IMG/VR virus record: IMGVR_UViG_3300049173_000036 | Coordinates: 1-48,062 of that record | From: a virus | Lineage: Duplodnaviria > Caudoviricetes | Direction: 5' to 3' (one strand) | Length of the DNA: 48,062 nt | Shown here: piece by piece, positions 19,030 through 28,322 of the stretch | Layout: each line of letters starts with the position of its first letter | Numbering within the stretch: the first letter of the stretch is position 1 | Made by a program: the position numbers and the translations under genes | The notes under the pieces: model-generated | Told to the model about the DNA's origin: nothing | The model's database searches: none | What the model saw: the letters and a program-made list of their open reading frames with translations, nothing else

Positions 19030-19958
19030 CCAGTGAGGCAGCACGGGCGCTCGGCGAGGACATCGCCATTGTCAAGGGCGGCAGAGCGACCGGCGGTACG
19101 GTCTCGGCGCAGGTCATCGACGTCACCGACATCGGCGTCAACGTCGACTATGGCGGGGCGCTGCTGCTCGATGTGCCCTGCGTCGACTCCTACCGCAACC
19201 GCAAGGCAGGTGACTGGGTCGCGTTGCGGCCGGGCGCGAAACCGGTCGTGATGTGGCGGCTCGGCGAGGACCCCGGCGAACTCGACGACGCGCGGGTGCA
19301 GGCGCTCGCGAGAGACGTCGCCCTCGACGAGCAGGTGATCAGGGCGGCGACGTGGGGCACGGCGGCGCCGAGCGGTACGGGGTGGCAGACCGTGCAGACC
19401 CTGTATCTGCGCAAGAACAGCGAGGGCAAGGTCGAGCTGTACGGGCAACTCGCGAGCCAGAGCGACACCTCGCCGAGCGCGCCGGCCGCGCGAACGCCGA
19501 AGCCTGTGACGATCTCCCCCTCGGCGTACGGGACATGGCGCAACGGCCGCCCGGACGACTACGCCGATTACCCGACGCAAGGCGACTGGACCGGGCGTGG
19601 GAATCGCAGGGGCGCATGGTTCTACGGCAGCGCGATCGTCAACGCGTGCGCCGGTAAGACCGTCGCGAAGATGACCATCAAATTCACCCGCCGCCGAGGC
19701 TCGGGCGTCAACGCGAAGAGGGCGCTGCACCTGTACCTGCACGACCACAACTCGCCGCCGTCCGGGCAGCTCGACCTCGACGACGGTCCCGAGGAACTGC
19801 TGTCCCTGTCGGTCGGCGCGACCGGCACGGTCACGCTGCCGGCGCCGTGGCGCAACAAGCTCGCCTCGGGCGACGCGCGAGGACTCGCGATCTACGCGAG
19901 CGGCAGCAGCGACTACATGTCCGTGCAGGGCGGCGCGGTCACGATCACATTCAGTTAG
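19026..19958 (+). CDS. Minor tail protein
   Basis: GTGA overlap; QGDWTG...GAWFYG, LASGDARGLAIY. Confidence 0.75.
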   Translation: MTSEAARALGEDIAIVKGGRATGGTVSAQVIDVTDIGVNVDYGGALLLDVPCVDSYRNRKAGDWVALRPGAKPVVMWRLGEDPGELDDARVQALARDVALDEQVIRAATWGTAAPSGTGWQTVQTLYLRKNSEGKVELYGQLASQSDTSPSAPAARTPKPVTISPSAYGTWRNGRPDDYADYPTQGDWTGRGNRRGAWFYGSAIVNACAGKTVAKMTIKFTRRRGSGVNAKRALHLYLHDHNSPPSGQLDLDDGPEELLSLSVGATGTVTLPAPWRNKLASGDARGLAIYASGSSDYMSVQGGAVTITFS

Positions 19959-19966
19959 GGGTACCT

Positions 19967-20578
19967 ATGCCTACCGTCGGACGCGCACAGCTCCCGATTC
20001 CCGGCGGGGGTGATGCGCCGGCCGGGCCCGGTGCGCTCGCTGCGCTCGCCGCCGCGATCGACCCGCATCTGCTGCAGCACGTCGCCGACAAAGCCGAGCG
20101 CGACGCAGAGTATGCCGACGCTCCGCTGCACACGGTCGTCTCGGCCGAGAACGGGTCGCTGTGGATCAAGACGAGCGCGACGGCGAACACATGGGCCACG
20201 GTCTACGAGCCGTTGCCTGCGTGGCGGTCGATCTCGCTCGCGAGTGGCTATCAGGCCGGCGAGTTCCAACCGCAGGTGCGGCTCATGGGTCAACGGGTGC
20301 ACCTGCGCGGCCGCATCGTTCGCACCGACGGCACCGTGTTCCCCGTATCGGGAATCAAGATCGGCGACGTTCCCGCCGACTGCCAACCGGCGACCTACGC
20401 ATCGTGGGCCGGCGGGTCCGGTATCTCGGGCGACCCCGTCGTCGGCGTGGGGCGCGTCGAGGTTCTCGGCAATGTCTCGGGCTCAAGCCTCGGCGGGGTC
20501 GGCTCGATCGTCTGGTTCTCCCAAGACGGTAGCGGCGTGCCGTGGGTGGACATCAGCGGCTCGTACTGGAAGGACTGA
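19967..20578 (+). CDS. Minor tail/fibre protein
   Basis: LPIPGGGDAPAGP..LAALAAAID start; WRSISLASGY, VHLRG, beta-rich C-terminus. Confidence 0.75.
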   Translation: MPTVGRAQLPIPGGGDAPAGPGALAALAAAIDPHLLQHVADKAERDAEYADAPLHTVVSAENGSLWIKTSATANTWATVYEPLPAWRSISLASGYQAGEFQPQVRLMGQRVHLRGRIVRTDGTVFPVSGIKIGDVPADCQPATYASWAGGSGISGDPVVGVGRVEVLGNVSGSSLGGVGSIVWFSQDGSGVPWVDISGSYWKD

Positions 20579-20587
20579 CGGCACGGC

Positions 20588-22420
20588 ATGACTCTGTACA
20601 CCTACGGCGGCACGGCCGACACCGTACTGACCACAGCAACCGGCGACGTCGTGCCGGACTATCCCGTCGGCGTGCGCGTCGCCGGCACCGGGCAGTCGGT
20701 CACCGCCCTGTACGAGGCCGACGGTTCCACACCGATCAGCGAGCTACGGTCGAACCCGACCAGCAGCGAGGCGCCCGGCGCGATCCGTACGTTCATGTGC
20801 GAGTGGCCACAGATCGAGTACGTCTACAACGCGACCGGCGGCCGCACGGTGACGTGGTATCAGGCCGGTCGCGAGGTACCGATCGAGGCGCTGCAGACGG
20901 CGACGAGCGCCGCGAGCACCGCGGCGTCCGCCGACGAGGCGGCGACGGCAGCACAGTCCGCGGCGTCGAACGCCGCCGCGATCGCCGCCTCGGCGAGCAA
21001 CACGGCAGACGCCGCGCAGGACGCAGCCCAACAGGCGGCGCAGGACGCGAGCGACGCAGTGGCCGCAGTGTCCTCGCGGCTGCCGACCGCCGCGACCGTC
21101 GACACCCTGCCGAGCGTCGTCTACGACGCCCACCGCGGCGGCGCCGGCGAGGCGCCCGAGAACACGCTCGCCGCGTTGAGGGGCGCGATGCCGTGGGCAG
21201 ATGTCCTCGACCTCGACTCGCAGGTGATCGGCGACGGTACGCCCGTGCTCATGCACGACAGCACCGTCGACCGCACGACGAAAGCAGCGGGGAACGTGTC
21301 GCTGTACAACGCGGCGCAGTGGGGACTCATCCGCTCGGACCCGTCAGCATGGTTCGCCGCTTCAACGCCCGATCTGCCACTGCACACGGTCGAGCAGATC
21401 CTCGATGACCTCGGCGGCCGCCGGGTGATGACGGTCGAGGCGAAGAACTCGGCCGGGGTGACCGCCCTCGCGAACATGATCAAGGCTCGGCGCCTTGAGC
21501 GATCCGTGCTGATCAACACGAACGATCCCGCAGTTGTGCCGACGATCAAGACTGCGGGGTGTCTGGCGCACCTGTGGCGCTCGGCGTCGCAAATGGCCAC
21601 CGACAACGCCGCGACGATCAAGGCGAGCGGCGCCGATCTGCTCGACCTCGACATCGCGGGCACCGACGCGCAGATCACGGCGGCGATCGCACAGAATTAC
21701 CCGCTCGGCGTGTGGGCACACACGCTCGTACGCCGCAAGGAACGCGACCGGGCGCTCGCACTCGGCTGCCGCGGCATCATCACCGACTACCCCGGTTACG
21801 TCAGTGGCCGCGTGGCGAGGCGTACGACGAGCTCGTTCTCGTCCGGTCAGTGGGGCTACGGCTACGTCACATCGGGCGCCGCGCGCCCGGTCCTCGACGC
21901 ATCCGGACGCATCCCACTGTCGCCGCCGGCGTCGAGTGCGGCCGCCGACGCGGTCGTGCTGCTCGCCGGCGAAGTGTCGCCGGCTCCTGCCACGACCACG
22001 ATCGACGTGAAGTTCTCGTTCCCGGTCGCCGGCTCGACCGGATGGTCGTTGTTCTCCGTACACCTCGGCGCCGACGACGACGCGACCGTGCTGTCGGGAA
22101 CGTCGATCCTGCACAACGGCTACACCTGCCAAGTCTCCAACGACCGTTCCCTGCGCATCTATCGCGACGACAAAGCGGCCGGCACCTCGACGCAGCTCGC
22201 CAACACGGCGACCAGCACGGCACTTTCGGCAAACACTACGTACACGCTGCGCGTCGTGATCACCGCGACGCAGATCACGCTCTCGATCCCCGAGGTATCA
22301 GGGCTGACGACCACAGTCACCGACTCGACGTACCGAGTCCCTTGGTACCTGTTCGTCGCCCGCAACTACACCTCGACACAGACCGGGCTGATCTACGTGC
22401 AGAGCATCACCACCACCTAA
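20588..22420 (+). CDS. Tail protein with glycerophosphodiester phosphodiesterase domain and C-terminal beta-sandwich
   Basis: AHRGG...PENTLAA, DLD...DGTPVLMHD.TVDRTT, VEAK, GIITDYP; Ala-rich stalk before, Thr/Ser-rich beta domain after. Confidence 0.85.
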   Translation: MTLYTYGGTADTVLTTATGDVVPDYPVGVRVAGTGQSVTALYEADGSTPISELRSNPTSSEAPGAIRTFMCEWPQIEYVYNATGGRTVTWYQAGREVPIEALQTATSAASTAASADEAATAAQSAASNAAAIAASASNTADAAQDAAQQAAQDASDAVAAVSSRLPTAATVDTLPSVVYDAHRGGAGEAPENTLAALRGAMPWADVLDLDSQVIGDGTPVLMHDSTVDRTTKAAGNVSLYNAAQWGLIRSDPSAWFAASTPDLPLHTVEQILDDLGGRRVMTVEAKNSAGVTALANMIKARRLERSVLINTNDPAVVPTIKTAGCLAHLWRSASQMATDNAATIKASGADLLDLDIAGTDAQITAAIAQNYPLGVWAHTLVRRKERDRALALGCRGIITDYPGYVSGRVARRTTSSFSSGQWGYGYVTSGAARPVLDASGRIPLSPPASSAAADAVVLLAGEVSPAPATTTIDVKFSFPVAGSTGWSLFSVHLGADDDATVLSGTSILHNGYTCQVSNDRSLRIYRDDKAAGTSTQLANTATSTALSANTTYTLRVVITATQITLSIPEVSGLTTTVTDSTYRVPWYLFVARNYTSTQTGLIYVQSITTT

Positions 22421-22438
22421 CCCCCTCAGGAGGCAGAC

Positions 22439-22741
22439 ATGCCCGTACCTACCGTCGGTCAAGTCGTGCTCGTCCCGATGGACCAGGCCGTCAACAACGG
22501 CTCCGACGTCGCCCCGGCGATCGTCTCTCACGTGTGGTCGGAAACCTCGATCAACGTCCGCGTGATCGAGGACGGGCCGCGCATCGAATGGCGGCAGTCC
22601 CTTGAGTACATCGACGACCTCAACAGCCTCGACCGCGGCGAACTCTACTGGTGGACGTGGCCGCCGCAGCCGGCCGTCGACGACGGCAGCACGACCGAGC
22701 CGACACCGACGGACCCGGGGGCGACCGACCCCGCTGCCTGA
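22439..22741 (+). CDS. Hypothetical protein
   Basis: SD AGGAGG; PTVGQVV...PAIV..VW...NVRV..DG...WTWPP phage-type motif. Confidence 0.8.
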   Translation: MPVPTVGQVVLVPMDQAVNNGSDVAPAIVSHVWSETSINVRVIEDGPRIEWRQSLEYIDDLNSLDRGELYWWTWPPQPAVDDGSTTEPTPTDPGATDPAA

Positions 22742-22760
22742 TCACCGCTCATCATCCGAC

Positions 22761-22780
22761 GCCCCGCGAGGGGCTTTTTT
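22761..22780 (+). terminator. Intrinsic terminator
   Basis: GCCCC-GCGA-GGGGC followed by TTTTTT. Confidence 0.75.
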
Positions 22781-22805
22781 CATGCCCGAAAGGGAGGGCT
22801 CACCC

Positions 22806-23066
22806 ATGGGTGACACAGAACGGCCGACCCTCGATCGGCTCGGCGACCAGGAAGAGCAGGCGCAGCACCTCGTGCGCACTGGCAACGGGCCGACCGTCGA
22901 CGACGAGGCCGAGCTGCTCGCCGAGCAGTACGGGCCGGCAGACATGGCCGGGTTCTACAGCGGCGCCGCTGTCGCCGACGAGGACGTCGAGGCGCCCGTC
23001 GACGAGCCGGCCGACGAGGGCGACGCCCCGGCCGCGGACGCCGCCGAGGGTGGTGAGTCCGCATGA
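22806..23066 (+). CDS. Acidic small protein coupled to the endolysin
   Basis: SD GGGAGG; D/E-rich; ATGA overlap with endolysin. Confidence 0.75.
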   Translation: MGDTERPTLDRLGDQEEQAQHLVRTGNGPTVDDEAELLAEQYGPADMAGFYSGAAVADEDVEAPVDEPADEGDAPAADAAEGGESA

Positions 23067-23872
23067 GCGCCGAGGGCATGATCAAGGCGGTCGAGCGCTG
23101 GATCGGTACCGGCGAGCCGAACGAGATTCAGGCTTGGTACCGGCAGCGCAACGGCGTGCTGTACAGCGGCAACTTCGCATGGTGCGACGCCACGATCACC
23201 CGCGCCGCCGTCGAGGCGGGCGAGTACGACGCGGTGTGCTTCGGCACCGACTTCGCGTACACCGTCGCGCACGCGCAGCGGTTCAAGGAAGCCGGCGCGT
23301 GGCACGCCATGACGAACGGGATCAAGGCGAGCGGCATCCGTCGCGGCGACATCGTGTTCTTCGACTGGGCCGGTACGAGCGAGATCGGCAAGATCGATCA
23401 CGTCGGCATCGTCACGGGCGTCTCGGCCGACTACAAGTACGTGTACACCGTCGAGGGCAACACCCTCAACGTCTGCGCGAGGCGCGTGCGCGTCGTGCAC
23501 GACATCGCCGGGTTCGGCCGGCCCAAGTACAAGGCGGAGCCGAAGCCGTCGACGTCGACGGGCAGCAGCTCGTCGACGCCGAAGCGGCCGCAGGTGTCCC
23601 TCGCCAAGCTGATCAAGGCGAGCAAGACGGACCCGCCGAAGAAGGGCACGCCGGTCTCGTACCCGCTCGCTGAGCTCGTCGAGAAGGCGCTCGTCGCCGA
23701 GAAGCTGCTCGCCCCGAGCTACGCCGACGGGCATTTCGGCACGGCCACGCGCAGCGCGTACGCGCTGCTGCAGCACCGGTACGGCTACAGCGGCAAGGAC
23801 GCCGACGGCACCCCCGGTAAGGCATCGCTCACGCGGCTCGGCAAGGCGCACGGCTTCGACGTCGTCGCCTGA
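23063..23872 (+). CDS. Endolysin (CHAP domain plus peptidoglycan-binding domain)
   Basis: AWCD, GDIVFFDW, DHVGIV, TVEGNT; C-terminal DGHFG.AT...DGTPG.ASL repeats. Confidence 0.92.
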   Translation: MSAEGMIKAVERWIGTGEPNEIQAWYRQRNGVLYSGNFAWCDATITRAAVEAGEYDAVCFGTDFAYTVAHAQRFKEAGAWHAMTNGIKASGIRRGDIVFFDWAGTSEIGKIDHVGIVTGVSADYKYVYTVEGNTLNVCARRVRVVHDIAGFGRPKYKAEPKPSTSTGSSSSTPKRPQVSLAKLIKASKTDPPKKGTPVSYPLAELVEKALVAEKLLAPSYADGHFGTATRSAYALLQHRYGYSGKDADGTPGKASLTRLGKAHGFDVVA

Positions 23873-23928
23873 TTTCCACTCATCGACCGGCCCTCGCCGG
23901 TCTCTCACCACTAGGAAGGGGGCTGGCT

Positions 23929-24246
23929 ATGCCTGCCCTGTTCGTCAGTTACATGCGCACGGTCGTGCCGCTCGTCGCGGGGTATCTGCTCACCCTCGCC
24001 GTGCGCGCCGGGTTCGAGATCAACTCGGCGACCGTCGCCAGTGTCGTGACCGTCGCGGTCGCGTTCGCGTACTACGTCGTGTTCCGGCTGCTCGAATGGA
24101 TCGGCGAGCGGCTGCGCGGCACCGCCCTGCAGAACCTCGCGGGCGTGCTGCTCGGGTGGGCGCGGCCGCCGGCGTACCCGCGGTTCGAGGCGCTCGAACC
24201 GGTCGACCCGAGCGGGTACACGAGCGGCTCGTCGACCAGCGGGTGA
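23929..24246 (+). CDS. Putative holin
   Basis: RTVVPLVAG, two hydrophobic helices, YYVVFRLLE; after endolysin. Confidence 0.75.
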   Translation: MPALFVSYMRTVVPLVAGYLLTLAVRAGFEINSATVASVVTVAVAFAYYVVFRLLEWIGERLRGTALQNLAGVLLGWARPPAYPRFEALEPVDPSGYTSGSSTSG

Positions 24247-24295
24247 CGTCGGCCCTACGGCCGCTCTTATCCCCTGCACAACCCGGAGGTAGCGC

Positions 24296-24628
24296 GTGGA
24301 CGCTGCGACGCTCAGCGCGGTCGGCGTGATCGTCGTCGGGCTCGCGGCGGCCGCCGCTGCACTGGTCGGTCACCGAGGCGCGAACGCCGCCTCGCAGTCC
24401 GGCGTCGTGATCACTGGATCTCTCGGGCTCGTCAACGAGCTGCAGGAAGAGCGCAACGGGCTGCAGGTCAAGCTCGCTGAGAAAGAGCGGCTGCTCGCCG
24501 CGGCGTACGCCGAACTCGCCAGTGAGCGCGCTGACAAGGCGGCGCTGCATGAACAGATCACGGCACTGACGGCCGAGAAAGCTCGGCTGCACGAACGGAT
24601 CGTCGAGCTCGGAGGGCAACCCACGTGA
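24296..24628 (+). CDS. Membrane-anchored coiled-coil lysis-cassette protein
   Basis: N-terminal TM helix then heptad repeats; SD GGAGG. Confidence 0.75.
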   Translation: MDAATLSAVGVIVVGLAAAAAALVGHRGANAASQSGVVITGSLGLVNELQEERNGLQVKLAEKERLLAAAYAELASERADKAALHEQITALTAEKARLHERIVELGGQPT

Positions 24629-25314
24629 AGCGCCGTCATGCTCAGCCGATCCTCGTGCAGCGGTGGCGGTCGCTCGCGGTCGCCGCCGTGCTGCTCGTAC
24701 TGTCGGGCGCCGTTGTCCTCGTGTGGCTGCGGGTTGACGCCGAGGTGTCCGCCCGCAAGCAGGAGACCGCGGCCGCCGTCGCCGAGGCGAACCTGCGCGG
24801 CGACGCCGTATCGGTCCTCGCCGGCGATGTGCGCGTGCTGCGCGAGCAAGTCAAGTCCGCGGGAAAGACGCCAGCCGCGCCGGATCCGTCGCAGGCGGTC
24901 GACGACCTCACGGCGCGCGCCGAGGTACCGGTGCCGATCCCCGGTCCCGCAGGACCCCGCGGGCCGCAAGGTTCGCCGGGTAGTCCCGGACCGGCCGCGA
25001 CTGGATCCCCGGGGGCGACCGGTCCGCAGGGTGAGCCCGGCGAAACGGTGACCGGCCCGCAGGGGCCCGTCGGCCCGACCGGACCCGCCGGCCCGCCCGG
25101 TCCTGCAGGGCAGGACGGTAAGGACGGCACGGACGGATCCGACGGCCGCGACGGGCAGACATGCCCGGACGGGTACTCACTGCAGGCGCCCGACTATGAC
25201 CCCGACGCCCTCGTCTGCAGGCGCGACGGCGCCCCGCAGCCGAGCGATCCGTCGCCGAGCCCGACCTCGTCAACGCTGCTCGGGCTCCCCGCCGAGCGAC
25301 GCCGCATCGCATGA
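24625..25314 (+). CDS. Membrane-anchored collagen-like protein
   Basis: TM helix, coiled coil, interrupted Gly-X-Y run, C-terminal C...C pair. Confidence 0.85.
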   Translation: MKRRHAQPILVQRWRSLAVAAVLLVLSGAVVLVWLRVDAEVSARKQETAAAVAEANLRGDAVSVLAGDVRVLREQVKSAGKTPAAPDPSQAVDDLTARAEVPVPIPGPAGPRGPQGSPGSPGPAATGSPGATGPQGEPGETVTGPQGPVGPTGPAGPPGPAGQDGKDGTDGSDGRDGQTCPDGYSLQAPDYDPDALVCRRDGAPQPSDPSPSPTSSTLLGLPAERRRIA

Positions 25315-25319
25315 ACTCT

Positions 25320-25358
25320 GCGCCCTTGTCTGGCCTCGCGGCCGGGCAGGGGCGCTTT
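25320..25358 (+). terminator. Terminator ending the late operon
   Basis: GCGCCCTTGTCTGGCC-TCGC-GGCCGGGCAGGGGCGC then TTT. Confidence 0.75.
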
Positions 25359-25521
25359 CGTGCGTTCGGCGAGACTCGAGTATTAGCGTCAAAGTGACGA
25401 CAAACCTCGAGGTTTTTACGCGCCGAGGTAGTCGTTCCGGCGGGCAGTACGCCGGGCGGCACACGTAAGTGGCCTCGCCCCATACCCTGACAGTGTCGAG
25501 CTGTAAGGAAGGGGCAAGGCC

Positions 25522-26772
25522 ATGTCACCCGATGCTACCCCGGACCCGTACGCGGACCCGATCGCATTCGGTCAGCGTCTCAAGATCCTGCGCACCCGCC
25601 GCGGCATGACCCGCAGTCAACTCGGCGGGCTCATGGGCATGTCCGACGAGTGGGTCAAGGCATTGGAGACCGGCCGCCGCAAAGTGCCGCGCCTCGAAGT
25701 GATGTTGCGGCTCGCCGAGGCGCTGCGCGTCCGCGACCTGTCCGACCTCACCGGAGATCAATCCGTGCACGTTGCTCTCTTCACCGGCCCCGGGCACCCG
25801 CAGCTCGCCGCCGTGAAAGCCGCAGTCGACGCATTCCCCATCGCGACCGCGCGCGAGGCGCCGCCCGTCGAGCACCTCGCGGCCCGCCTCGAACACGCAT
25901 GGGCAGCCCGGCACAAGTCGCCCGAGCACCGCACCGTGCTCGGCGGGCTGCTGCCCGACCTCATCCGCGACGCGCAGCTCGCCGTGCGGCAGGCAGACCG
26001 CGCGCCCGACCGCAGAGCGGCGCAGGCGATGCTCGCCGAGGTGTACTCGCTCGCGCAGTTCTTCGTCGCCTATCAGCCCGACGCCGCGCTGCTGTGGCGT
26101 GTCGCCGAGCGTGGACTGATCGCCGCGCAAGAGTCCGAGGACCCGCACGCGATCGGCGTCGCCGCATGGCTCGCTGCACAGGCACACCGCGACAGCGGCC
26201 CGGCTCACTTCGACGCCGCCGACGCCGTGAATCTTGAGACGCTCCGCTACCTCGAACCGCTGCTGCCGGACGCCTCCGACGACCTACTCGCGATCACCGG
26301 GGCGCTCACGTTCGAGGCCGGATACACCGCCGCCCGTCGCCGCGAGACCGGTACGGCATGGCGGTACTGGGACCAGGCGCGCAAGCTCGCGAAGCGCCTG
26401 CCCGAGGACTACTACCATCCGATCACGTCGTTCTCACGCGCCATCATGGGCGCTCATGCCGTAACGGTCGCCGTCGAGCTGCACGCCGGCGGCGAGTCCG
26501 TGCGGCAGGCGGCGCAGGCGGACGCGATCACGATCAAGTCCCGGCCGCGACGAGCTCGGCACCGGATCGAAGAGGCCCGCGCCTACCAACTCGACGGGCA
26601 GCCCGACGTCGCTCTCGCCACCCTCGACAAGGCGCACGAGGCGGCGTCCGAGACGATCCGGTACAACGGCTATGCGAAACGGATAATCCTCGAAGAGGTC
26701 GAGGCACGGCACCCCGAGCGCCGGCGCCGGGCGTCCGAACTCGCCGTCAAGCTGGGACTACTCGCCCAATAA
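25522..26772 (+). CDS. XRE-family HTH regulator with large helical (TPR-like) C-terminal domain
   Basis: FGQRLKILRTRRGMTRSQLGG...WVKALETGRR..PRL; about 330 aa Ala-rich helical remainder. Confidence 0.88.
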   Translation: MSPDATPDPYADPIAFGQRLKILRTRRGMTRSQLGGLMGMSDEWVKALETGRRKVPRLEVMLRLAEALRVRDLSDLTGDQSVHVALFTGPGHPQLAAVKAAVDAFPIATAREAPPVEHLAARLEHAWAARHKSPEHRTVLGGLLPDLIRDAQLAVRQADRAPDRRAAQAMLAEVYSLAQFFVAYQPDAALLWRVAERGLIAAQESEDPHAIGVAAWLAAQAHRDSGPAHFDAADAVNLETLRYLEPLLPDASDDLLAITGALTFEAGYTAARRRETGTAWRYWDQARKLAKRLPEDYYHPITSFSRAIMGAHAVTVAVELHAGGESVRQAAQADAITIKSRPRRARHRIEEARAYQLDGQPDVALATLDKAHEAASETIRYNGYAKRIILEEVEARHPERRRRASELAVKLGLLAQ

Positions 26773-26784
26773 GGGACATAAGGT

Positions 26785-26805
26785 AGGGGTACAGACTGTA
26801 CCCCT
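26785..26805. promoter_or_regulatory. Palindromic operator candidate
   Basis: AGGGGTACAG-A-CTGTACCCCT perfect 10-bp inverted repeat with 1-nt spacer; -10-like TACGGT at 26825-26830. Confidence 0.7.
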
Positions 26806-26868
26806 GCCCCCTGCACTTCGCGCCTACGGTCGTTTCGTGAGCTGATCACGACGACGGAGGCGTTCACC

Positions 26869-26940
26869 ATGCCGCGCATCGCGCCCTTACTCCCGCAGCC
26901 CAAGCACCGCCCCGCAGACAGCGGGGGGACAGAGCGGTGA
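26869..26940 (+). CDS. 23-aa leader peptide with a TTA codon (not in ORF track)
   Basis: SD GGAGG 26856-26860; MPRIAPLLPQPKHRPADSGGTER; TTA at 26887-26889; stop overlaps next start (GTGA). Confidence 0.6.
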   Translation: MPRIAPLLPQPKHRPADSGGTER

Positions 26941-27287
26941 GCCCGGCCGCGCCCCCCGGCATGGACACCGACACCGCAGCCCTGATCGTCGAGGCGTTCG
27001 ACGCCGGGCACGCCATGCCCCCGCATGAGCGCCTCGTCGAGCTCGACAAACTGCTGCGCGCCGAGATCGATGGGCTCGTCACCTACGTACAGCGCCTCGC
27101 CGACAAGACCGCGCACCGCACCCGCGAGTGGTACGCCATGACGAACGCGATCGAGAAGGCGACCGACGCACTCGCGTTCCAACTCGGCACCGGGCCGCTC
27201 GCTGGCGCACTGCACGTCGCGGAACTCGCCCGACGGATCCGCGAGCTGCAGAACGTGCTACGGGAAGTAGGGGGCGTGCAGCCGTGA
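26937..27287 (+). CDS. Small helical protein, DUF6415-like
   Basis: L.ELDKLLRAEI..L...G.GPLAGALHVAELARR pattern recalled from Streptomyces XRE-linked genes. Confidence 0.65.
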   Translation: MSPAAPPGMDTDTAALIVEAFDAGHAMPPHERLVELDKLLRAEIDGLVTYVQRLADKTAHRTREWYAMTNAIEKATDALAFQLGTGPLAGALHVAELARRIRELQNVLREVGGVQP

Positions 27288-28015
27288 AACAGTGCACCAT
27301 CTGCGACGAGCCGATCAAGCCCGACGAGCCGTACAGACCGCACACCAGCAGCAAGCCGTCGGGGGGCATGCTGCCCGCATTCACGCACGACCGCTGTCGA
27401 CAGCGCCCGACGAGCGTGCCATTCATCGCCGCATGGTCGGCCGAGAACACCCTCGCCGCACCGACCCTCGTCTCGCGACTGACAGGCGGGATCGGCTACG
27501 TCGGCGAGGTTCCCGACGACCGCGACCGCGGCGTGTTGTGGCAGCGCTCGATCGACCTGCGCGGCCGCGGCCGCCCGGTGTACGGCGACGTGCACCCCGG
27601 CCGACAGCGCCTCGCCATGCGGCACGAGCTATGCCAGGTGTGCGGCGAGCCCGCCGACAAAGACAACCGCGGCGTGCTGTGGCTGCTCGAAGACCGGCGC
27701 ACGGACTACCGGGGGTGGCCGAATGATCTGATGACCACGCACCCGCCGATGTGTCGAGCGTGCGCTGTCATCGCGCGGGCGCAGTGCCCGCACCTGTGGG
27801 CCGGCGCTGTGGCTGTGCGGGTCGGCCGTTCTGAGGTGTGCGGCGTCGTGGGGCGGCAGTACGCCGTCGGCCCGTTCGGTCCGCGCCACGTACGCGACGA
27901 CACGGTTCTGTTCGAGGAACCGGCGATCGAGTGGACGATCGCGTCACAGCTCGTCCGCGCGTTGTACGACTGCAGGTTCGTGAGCCTCACCGAGCTAGCT
28001 GCGGCTCGCCCATGA
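27284..28015 (+). CDS. Cys/His-rich hypothetical protein with N-terminal Zn finger
   Basis: CTIC...HDRC fused to VPFIAAWSAE...DRGVLW...VHPGRQRLAM..LCQVCG...HPPMCRAC...CPHL. Confidence 0.8.
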   Translation: MKQCTICDEPIKPDEPYRPHTSSKPSGGMLPAFTHDRCRQRPTSVPFIAAWSAENTLAAPTLVSRLTGGIGYVGEVPDDRDRGVLWQRSIDLRGRGRPVYGDVHPGRQRLAMRHELCQVCGEPADKDNRGVLWLLEDRRTDYRGWPNDLMTTHPPMCRACAVIARAQCPHLWAGAVAVRVGRSEVCGVVGRQYAVGPFGPRHVRDDTVLFEEPAIEWTIASQLVRALYDCRFVSLTELAAARP

Positions 28016-28017
28016 CC

Positions 28018-28068
28018 GAGGGGTGCCCCGCGGTCGAACGCTCCCCCCTGTCCCGCCGGGCACCCCTC
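28018..28068 (+). terminator. Inverted repeat after the XRE operon
   Basis: GAGGGGTGCCC...GGGCACCCCTC, 11-bp stem with a long loop. Confidence 0.5.
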
Positions 28069-28099
28069 ACTCAGCGTTAAACAGGTCGCGCGGTATGTG

Positions 28100-28280
28100 A
28101 CAGAACCGTGTTGAAATATGCCCCCCGCACATATTCACGCAGGCCCAGGGGATGATGACTCCGCTCCAGTTTGCATATATGCGCAGGAGCGGCTCGCCGT
28201 CGCCGCTCCGTGCCCCACACTGGAGAGGCGACAGCCGCGCCCCGGTCCCCTCGTCTCCGCAAGACAGGACCGGGGCGCGG
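28100..28280 (+). ncRNA. Candidate structured RNA (multi-stem plus terminal hairpin); strand and 5' end uncertain
   Basis: Outer stem 28164-28170/28219-28225, inner 8-bp stem 28186-28193/28202-28209, 14-bp hairpin 28235-28248/28267-28280. Confidence 0.35.
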
Positions 28281-28309
28281 GCACGTCTGCACCACAGCTC
28301 GCGCCCCGC

Positions 28310-28315
28310 TAGGTT
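28310..28315 (+). promoter_or_regulatory. Putative -10 box for leaderless pirin transcript
   Basis: TAGGTT 7 nt before ATG 28323; no SD. Confidence 0.55.
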
Positions 28316-28322
28316 GTGCCGC

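Noticed and set aside
28152-28322. 57-codon N-terminal extension of pirin in the ORF track
   Set aside because: Runs through stable hairpins; pirin-like sequence starts at MSNLDR with a -10 box at leaderless spacing.
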